A DNA stretch of 64,000 nt from Candidatus Sulfomarinibacteraceae bacterium (GTDB taxonomy: Bacteria > Acidobacteriota > Thermoanaerobaculia > Thermoanaerobaculales > Sulfomarinibacteraceae): assembly GCA_963796455.1 (NCBI GenBank), contig CAWCLO010000004.1, forward strand, positions 416,001 to 480,000. Reading direction: 5' to 3'. Below the pieces are notes generated by a model. That model made no database searches. It was not told the DNA's origin and saw only the letters and a program-made list of their open reading frames with translations. Of the stretch, positions 58,551-64,000 are shown one piece after another; position 1 is the stretch's first letter; every line of letters starts with the position of its first letter. The translations under genes and the position numbers were made by a program.

Positions 58551-58701
58551 GAAACCTCCCGAAAGTGACGATCGCCCGGGCTCACGCATGGAGCGTGCCA
58601 GCCTGGGATGCAGACTTTCGAGGTGCCGGATGCCGGATCGACACGGCACCGTGAGGAGGTGGCACCGAAGAGGTGCTCTCCACATGCCCGACCGAATGGT
58701 T

Positions 58702-59010
58702 CTAGCCCGCCCCCGGTAGCGTGATCTTACGCTTCTCGGGATCGGGGTTTTCACGGTAGAGGATTGCCATTCGACCGACGACCCCCACGCATTCACAATC
58801 GAGGCGATCCTCGATGATGGGTACCAGCTTCTCGCGCTGGCTGCGATCGGCAACTATTTTGAGCTTGATCAGCTCGTGGGCCTCGAGGGCATCGTCGATG
58901 GCGCCAAAAACGTTTTCGCTGAGACCTTCTTTTCCGGTCTGCACGACCGGTTTGTATCCGTGTGCAGCTCCCCGCAGGTATTTCCGCTGTGATCCCTTGA
59001 GTTTGCCCAT
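58702..59010 (-). CDS. yhbY: YhbY/CRM-domain RNA-binding protein
   Basis: L...QRKYLR..AH..KPVVQ.GK.GL..AL.AHELIK.K..G..AILYR; GGAGG RBS. Confidence 0.93.
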   Translation of the reverse strand: MGKLKGSQRKYLRGAAHGYKPVVQTGKEGLSENVFGAIDDALEAHELIKLKIVADRSQREKLVPIIEDRLDCECVGVVGRMAILYRENPDPEKRKITLPGAG

Positions 59011-59221
59011 ACTTCCTCCAAAAACCAGAATGCAGGGTAACACTTGCGAAGCTTGTGGGTGATCAACAAAAAGGACCTGCTAGGTCATAAAGTGCCTAAC
59101 ATTGTGTCAGTTTGTCCCGATTGGTGGAGAGATTTCTGGGTCGATTGCCCATAGATGATACGATATAGTTGTTCATGAGAAGTTTGGATCATCTTTTTGG
59201 GAAACGATGGGGAGGTTCAGA

Positions 59222-59893
59222 ATGGTCAGATCTAGCTTAGGAATAGGTTGTGTCATCGCGATATGTGTGTTGGGAGTTGTTCAGGTCGATGCCGGCAATG
59301 GCGGCAATCAAAAGTGTGTATGCGAAGAAGCCGGACTGGTCGGAGCAGCCTTTGGCGCCTGCAACCGCTATTGCGAGGACTTGAATTGCGACGCGCCGAA
59401 CCCGAACGGGTCCGCGAATGCCTGCAACCGGGTGCTCGACAGGTTTTTTGATCTGACGGGGGAGTTGCCGCCCTGCGAGCCGTTGTGTCCGTGTGCCGGG
59501 GGGTGGCTCGATTCCGACTTCATCCCGGAGGGCGAAGTTGCTGCCAGCTGCTCTGTCGAAATCACCGATAACGGAAAGCGCATGGAACTCCTGGTCGAGG
59601 GGAGTGAGGACGGAAGTGGGAACGCACCGTTAAGCGTTGCGGCCGTTGATATCTTCGATGATGAGGACTTTGGATACTACCGCGTTGGATGCGCGTCCGA
59701 GCATTATGAGGGAGGGCAGTTCGAGCCCTCGGAGGATTCCGGGTCCTTTGAGATGGCGAGCGATTTCAACGAAAAGACCGAATATTTCAATCGCCAACAA
59801 CGTCGGATATTCAAGTCCTGCAAGGCGGTTTTCAAACGAACCGTCAAGAGAACCGGAGTCGAGTGCGAGGTCTTTGACCTTCGAGAGGAATAG
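59222..59893 (+). CDS. Secreted Cys-rich hypothetical protein
   Basis: GGAGG RBS, signal peptide, G.CNRYCEDLNCD..AC..TGELPPCEPLCPC. Confidence 0.75.
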   Translation: MVRSSLGIGCVIAICVLGVVQVDAGNGGNQKCVCEEAGLVGAAFGACNRYCEDLNCDAPNPNGSANACNRVLDRFFDLTGELPPCEPLCPCAGGWLDSDFIPEGEVAASCSVEITDNGKRMELLVEGSEDGSGNAPLSVAAVDIFDDEDFGYYRVGCASEHYEGGQFEPSEDSGSFEMASDFNEKTEYFNRQQRRIFKSCKAVFKRTVKRTGVECEVFDLREE

Positions 59894-59968
59894 CGAGTTC
59901 GCGTCGCGAAGGCATCATTTGAAGATTTTCGACCGTCGAATATCATCGACGGCGATCAGGACGAGGCC

Positions 59969-60002
59969 GGACTCAGAGTGGGGGAGTCCCCGCTTTGAGT
60001 CC
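59969..60002 (+). other. 15-bp intergenic hairpin
   Basis: GGACTCAGAGTGGGG-GAGT-CCCCGCTTTGAGTCC; both mismatches are G.U pairs on the + strand. Confidence 0.5.
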
Positions 60003-60227
60003 TCGTGCTTGGTGAGTCGATCCTGCCAAAAAACAGCACAGCGTGGTGCCTCGGGTTGAAGGTGAGGGAAGAGCTTTTTCCCACTGATCCTGTACCTTCG
60101 TCGATCCCTCAAGGTTGCGCCATGATGAAAAAGATCCCCTTCAGAAACGACGTCCCTTGCGCCACCACGAAACTGTTTCGATATGTGTCCCGTACAACCG
60201 GGAAGCAGGTTTCGACAAGGGGGAGCA

Positions 60228-61259
60228 ATGAGCGTCCTGTCAGGTTCCCGGCGAAGATGGATGTGGGTTCTGGTGGTGGGAGCCACGCTTTTGGTGGGCC
60301 TCGCTGCCGAAGCCAAAGAACCGGTCAAAGTGCAGGCCGCCCGGCGGGCTTTCAATGATGCCTACCGCCACCAGAAATGGGAACGAGCGATCGAAATCGG
60401 GTATGAACTCGTCGAGATGGTGCCCGGCCCCGGCGAGCAGTACAACCTGGCGTGTGTCTTTGCCCTGGCAGGCGATGAGACATCGGCTCTCCACTGGTTG
60501 GCGAAGGCGGCAGCAAACGGCTTTGCCTATTTCTCCGTGATGGAGAGTGACTCCGACCTCGACAGCCTCCGCGACTCACCCGGGTATGCAAAGATCCGCG
60601 ACCTGGTTGTAATGAATCTCGACCGCCACCGGGCGGAATTGATTCGTGAGGCCGCGGAGGTTCCCCCGCTGACAGTTCTCCCGCGGGGAGACGGTATCGA
60701 CGGTCCGCGGCCGTTGATCATCGTCCTCCACGGACACGGCGGCCATGCCGAAGAGTATCCCGCGGTCTGGGGCCCCGCCGCGCAGGAGATCGGCGCCATC
60801 CTGGCCGTTCCGCAAGGAGCGAAACGAGTCGGTGCCGGCCGCGCGTGGACTGATGTCAACGAGGCCGAAGCCATCGTCCGCTTGACGATCGACTATGTCA
60901 GAAGCAGGTTCGAGGTGGACTGGGACCGGGTCGTGCTAACGGGCTTCTCGCAGGGAGGCTTCATGGCAACTGCTGTGGCCGGTCGTCACCCTCGGATTTT
61001 CACCGGTGTGATCCCCATGGCCGGTCCTTATATCCCGGGGATCGATGCTCCGCCGCCGGCGGAGGCAGGCGATCCGCGCTATTACTTCATGGTCGGTTCG
61101 CTCGATCGAGTGGAGGATGAAGTGCGCCAGGCGGCCACGGACTTCGAACACGCCGGTTATGAGGTTGATTTGCGAGTCTATCTCGGAACTGGACACACCT
61201 TTCCCAGGGCGACAAAGAAGGAACTGGTTCGAGCGCTGAAGTTCGTGCTTGGCGAGTAG
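60228..61259 (+). CDS. Secreted phospholipase/carboxylesterase-like alpha/beta hydrolase with N-terminal TPR-like region
   Basis: YNLACV.A..A..WL..A..G..DSDLDSLR; LHGHG, GFSQGG, G..D, GHTF. Confidence 0.85.
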   Translation: MSVLSGSRRRWMWVLVVGATLLVGLAAEAKEPVKVQAARRAFNDAYRHQKWERAIEIGYELVEMVPGPGEQYNLACVFALAGDETSALHWLAKAAANGFAYFSVMESDSDLDSLRDSPGYAKIRDLVVMNLDRHRAELIREAAEVPPLTVLPRGDGIDGPRPLIIVLHGHGGHAEEYPAVWGPAAQEIGAILAVPQGAKRVGAGRAWTDVNEAEAIVRLTIDYVRSRFEVDWDRVVLTGFSQGGFMATAVAGRHPRIFTGVIPMAGPYIPGIDAPPPAEAGDPRYYFMVGSLDRVEDEVRQAATDFEHAGYEVDLRVYLGTGHTFPRATKKELVRALKFVLGE

Positions 61260-61282
61260 CGCGAGACGCTAAGCCCAAGAAC

Positions 61283-61792
61283 TCATTCCGGTGGCAGCCT
61301 GACCCCTCCGGGAAGATCGACGGTCGCTCCCAGTTGAAGAACGAATCCGAGCGCATCCAACGAGTCGGTGGCGCGGCTGATTTTCCCGTCTTCGATCGTG
61401 ACCAGGGTGATGCCATGGACCTCGATGGGCCGATTGGTGGCGACGGGCACCCTGCCGGGGATGGGCCCGGATTGAATCGCAGTCATGACCCAGACGGCGG
61501 CGGCCTCCGAGTCATTGCCAAACACCCGGGTCACCTCGATCGAGACGCCGGAAGCCCAGGTGTGAACATGCGAAATATAGGCTGAGGCGGCGTCGATGCC
61601 TTCCAGCGACCCACCGTTCGCCAGGTCTTCGTAGAGGACGTCGGGCGACATGAAGGTTTCGAGTTGTTCGACGTCTCCGGACTCCCAGACGGACATCAGT
61701 TTTTTTGCAAGGATCTCCGGAGACCTATCTCCCGAAAAAGCGCAGGGCGCGAATGCCACAACTACAACATAGGCCAACAGGCGGTTGATCAT
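61283..61792 (-). CDS. Secreted SnoaL-like (NTF2/ester cyclase) protein
   Basis: DV.YED, W.M..SG..ATNRPIEV.G.T..DGKI..QLG. Confidence 0.82.
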   Translation of the reverse strand: MINRLLAYVVVVAFAPCAFSGDRSPEILAKKLMSVWESGDVEQLETFMSPDVLYEDLANGGSLEGIDAASAYISHVHTWASGVSIEVTRVFGNDSEAAAVWVMTAIQSGPIPGRVPVATNRPIEVHGITLVTIEDGKISRATDSLDALGFVLQLGATVDLPGGVRLPPE

Positions 61793-61872
61793 CGCTTGTC
61801 TCCATCAATTCTCTTCCCACGTGTGAACTGGGAACCCAAGACGAACTTCGGCAGGATCTCCTCGAGTTCCTG

Positions 61873-62328
61873 TTATTTGTATTCTTCTTCGGCGGCCTTG
61901 TTTCTCTCGAGAATATTCCTGAGGACATTCAGCGAACTATCACGGGGGGTCTTCTGATCGGGCTGGGGCGATGCCGGGGCGAATACACCGGGGTCGATGA
62001 TCTCGATAACGAACGGGTGATTACCCGACAGGGGGCTCGGATGGAGTGTGCATGCGTCGGCCGGGCTCGGCGGACACTTCACGCAATAGTTCTGCGACTT
62101 CGAGCAGCACGCATAGGCACCGTCAGGCGTACTGGCCTCGGTGGCATCTTCGGACAAAATACAGTCCTGCAGAAAGTCTGAGGCCTCGGGGTTGCTGAGA
62201 ATTCTTTCTTGTGGAATCGGTTCGTCAGCCCACCCATCGATAGCTGTCAGCGTGAACGCCAAGACGATGGCACACACGAGTATTGTTCCGAGACGGACGA
62301 TCTCTTTCCGCGGCGCTGCCGTATTCAT
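61873..62328 (-). CDS. Secreted Cys-rich hypothetical protein
   Basis: AGGAGG RBS before ATG at 62328; signal peptide; C..CC.....YCVKC.......C cluster. Confidence 0.65.
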   Translation of the reverse strand: MNTAAPRKEIVRLGTILVCAIVLAFTLTAIDGWADEPIPQERILSNPEASDFLQDCILSEDATEASTPDGAYACCSKSQNYCVKCPPSPADACTLHPSPLSGNHPFVIEIIDPGVFAPASPQPDQKTPRDSSLNVLRNILERNKAAEEEYK

Positions 62329-62472
62329 TAGAAGCCTCCTTGCAAGGGTTCGGTTGATTGAAGTCCTCAAGAAGTCTTTGAGGATCAGAGATTTCGTTTT
62401 TTATTGGTACCTGAGGCTAACACGGTTTCCAAGCTTGGAAATCGTTCCAGCAGTGTGGAAGCTGTGGCGTGG

Positions 62473-62679
62473 CTACAAATCGATGAAGAATGGCGCCGCC
62501 AGGAGGGCAACACCGATGAGAACCAGCAGAACAACTCCCTCGACCAGATAGGGGTAGACGCACAGACCCACCCCGGCCGCCAGGAAGGCGATCTTCTCCT
62601 GTCGTTTTCCATAGATGAAATAGGACATCCCGAGGACGCCGAACAATATCGCGGCAAAAAGGGCTGATCCGGATGGCAT
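62473..62679 (-). CDS. Small membrane protein
   Basis: LF..ILFG..G..YF.YGK.Q..G..L..YPY pattern; GAG RBS. Confidence 0.8.
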   Translation of the reverse strand: MPSGSALFAAILFGVLGMSYFIYGKRQEKIAFLAAGVGLCVYPYLVEGVVLLVLIGVALLAAPFFIDL

Positions 62680-62917
62680 ACCTCATTTTCTCACGAAGAG
62701 GTGGTGCGTAACGGTTGGCGGCGCCCCAAATACGTGGATCCTGCTGGAATAAGTCACAAACGGCCCGCTGTTGCAACCAATGGTATTTCATTCTCAACAG
62801 TTCGAATGGTCCGTACAGTCAGTGTGGCCGAGGCGCCGGTGTCCTTCGCTCACTGCAACGGTGCGGGCATTCAGTCCGGACGGTTCAGCCGTTCAGACAA
62901 CCCCGGGGGAGGGGCAA

Positions 62918-63328
62918 ATGAAGAGGATTTGTTTTGCGCTGTCGTTTTTTCTCTGCGTGAGTTCCATGCTGATGGCGCTCGAGGGGGACCCCGTCACGAG
63001 CATCGAGGTTCAGGTTGGCAAGAAGCCGCCCGGAGAAGGGGTTGTCGTTGCCCGTGGCGACACGGATGCCGAGGGAAGCATCAGCTTCAGCAAGTTGAAG
63101 GCTGGGACGTACTTCGTGAGGTTTTGGCATTCCGGTCTGATCCATGAAATCTCCAAGAACGGCAGCGGTGAAAAGCTCCGGATTTCGAAAGACGCAGTTC
63201 GTAGAGCCAAGAATGGGGATTCCCCCTCGTCGGATGGCATCGAGAAATTCACCGTGAATTTCGGCGAGGTTGCCGCGATCATCGAGATGGCGGGGAATTC
63301 GATCACGGTAACGATCATCGAACCGTAG
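62918..63328 (+). CDS. Small secreted beta-sandwich-like hypothetical protein
   Basis: GGAGG RBS, signal peptide, GDP..IEV..GKKP.G..TD..G..F..L..G.Y. Confidence 0.75.
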   Translation: MKRICFALSFFLCVSSMLMALEGDPVTSIEVQVGKKPPGEGVVVARGDTDAEGSISFSKLKAGTYFVRFWHSGLIHEISKNGSGEKLRISKDAVRRAKNGDSPSSDGIEKFTVNFGEVAAIIEMAGNSITVTIIEP

Positions 63329-63361
63329 AGCGCCTCGAAACAGCAACTCAGCTCTCGGCGA

Positions 63362-63529
63362 ATGATCTGGATTGTCGGCCAGGCGCCGGGCTCCAAAGTC
63401 CATGCCAGCGGGGTGCCGTGGGACGACGAGTCCGGCGACCGCCTTCGTGAATGGCTCGGCGTCAGCCGCGGCAAGTTTTACGATCCAGGACTCTTTGCCG
63501 TCTTGCCGATGGGGTCCTGCCTGAGCTGA
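63362..63529 (+). pseudogene. Uracil-DNA glycosylase superfamily gene remnant
   Basis: IVGQAPGSKVHASGVPWDDESGDRLREWLG..FYD..LPMG, then a stop; both ends are missing. Confidence 0.75.
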
Positions 63530-63669
63530 GACGGCGAGTACACGAAGCTGCAATAAATCAGTCGCTGCACCGCAACAGGCAGTGTGTCTTTCTTTGTGGC
63601 CGCCGCGAGGTATTTGCTGTGCAACAATGCGCGGAGAAAATTCTGGTTGCTGAATAATGTGGAGGACGG

Positions 63670-64000
63670 GTGAACAAACGAAATTTCATCATCTGCGGCT
63701 TTCTTTCGACAATGCTCGTGATAACCGGTTGCGGTTCGAAAGGCCTGCAACCGGGCGAGGGATTCGTTGAAGTGACCGGTGGTAAGGTCTGGTACCGGAT
63801 CGTCGGTTCGGGAACCGGGACCCCTCTTCTGACGCTTCACGGCGGACCCGGCGCTCCGAGCGATTACCTGAATCCGCTCGCAGCCTTGGCCGACGAACGA
63901 CCGGTCATCTTTTACGACCAGCTGGGCAGCGGCCGGTCAGACGCTCCGGACGATCTCGCCCTTTGGACCACTGAGCGGTTTGTGGAAGAACTCGGTCAGT
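63670..64000 (+). CDS. Proline iminopeptidase-family hydrolase (S33), lipoprotein (partial; runs off the window)
   Basis: GGAGG RBS, GTG start, lipobox [30 protein letters not shown]. Confidence 0.88.
   Translation, partial: MNKRNFIICGFLSTMLVITGCGSKGLQPGEGFVEVTGGKVWYRIVGSGTGTPLLTLHGGPGAPSDYLNPLAALADERPVIFYDQLGSGRSDAPDDLALWTTERFVEELGQ

Noticed and set aside
58570..58700. Glycine or other riboswitch downstream of yhbY
   Set aside because: GGAGAG and CACCGAAG-like words fall on opposite strands, the CTCTCAGG core is missing, and only generic GC hairpins remain.
63670..64000. Functional linkage of the proline iminopeptidase (tricorn factor F1 family) with the tricorn gene
   Set aside because: The genes are about 37 kb apart with no operon evidence, and both families are common.

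Overview
A GC-rich bacterial window holding about 50 mostly unlinked accessory genes. I found no rRNA, tRNA, CRISPR array, transposase or integrase. By inference from gene style, the source is likely Acidobacteriota (Thermoanaerobaculia-like): it has Hanks-type kinases fused to sensor domains, many secreted peptidases, and proteins ending in an F-x-D-[GS]-F-[AE]-S-G tail. Content includes two Ser/Thr kinases, a GH44 glycanase, a 1457-aa TPR protein with an unexplained C-terminus, a DUF2975/Xre-HTH pair, a LuxR-type regulator followed by a ~2170-aa adhesin-like gene, tricorn, S9, S1, S51, M81, S33 and HEXXH peptidases, frmA-fghA, a BLUF protein, a three-gene phospholipid operon and yhbY. Items the ORF track misses or breaks: (1) an exported peroxiredoxin-like selenoprotein with an in-frame UGA in UxxC and a SECIS-like hairpin (42492-43025); (2) a 34-aa Lys-rich small protein; (3) five apparent single-base frameshifts (about 14910, 16930, 19400, 23541, 48099), more likely sequencing indels than biology; (4) two truncated gene remnants; (5) a nested inverted-repeat/REP-like element at 35.6-36.0 kb; (6) two likely pseudoenzymes (PrsW-like and MBL-fold) flanking an intact metallopeptidase. 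All family calls come from motif recognition by eye; no searches were run.
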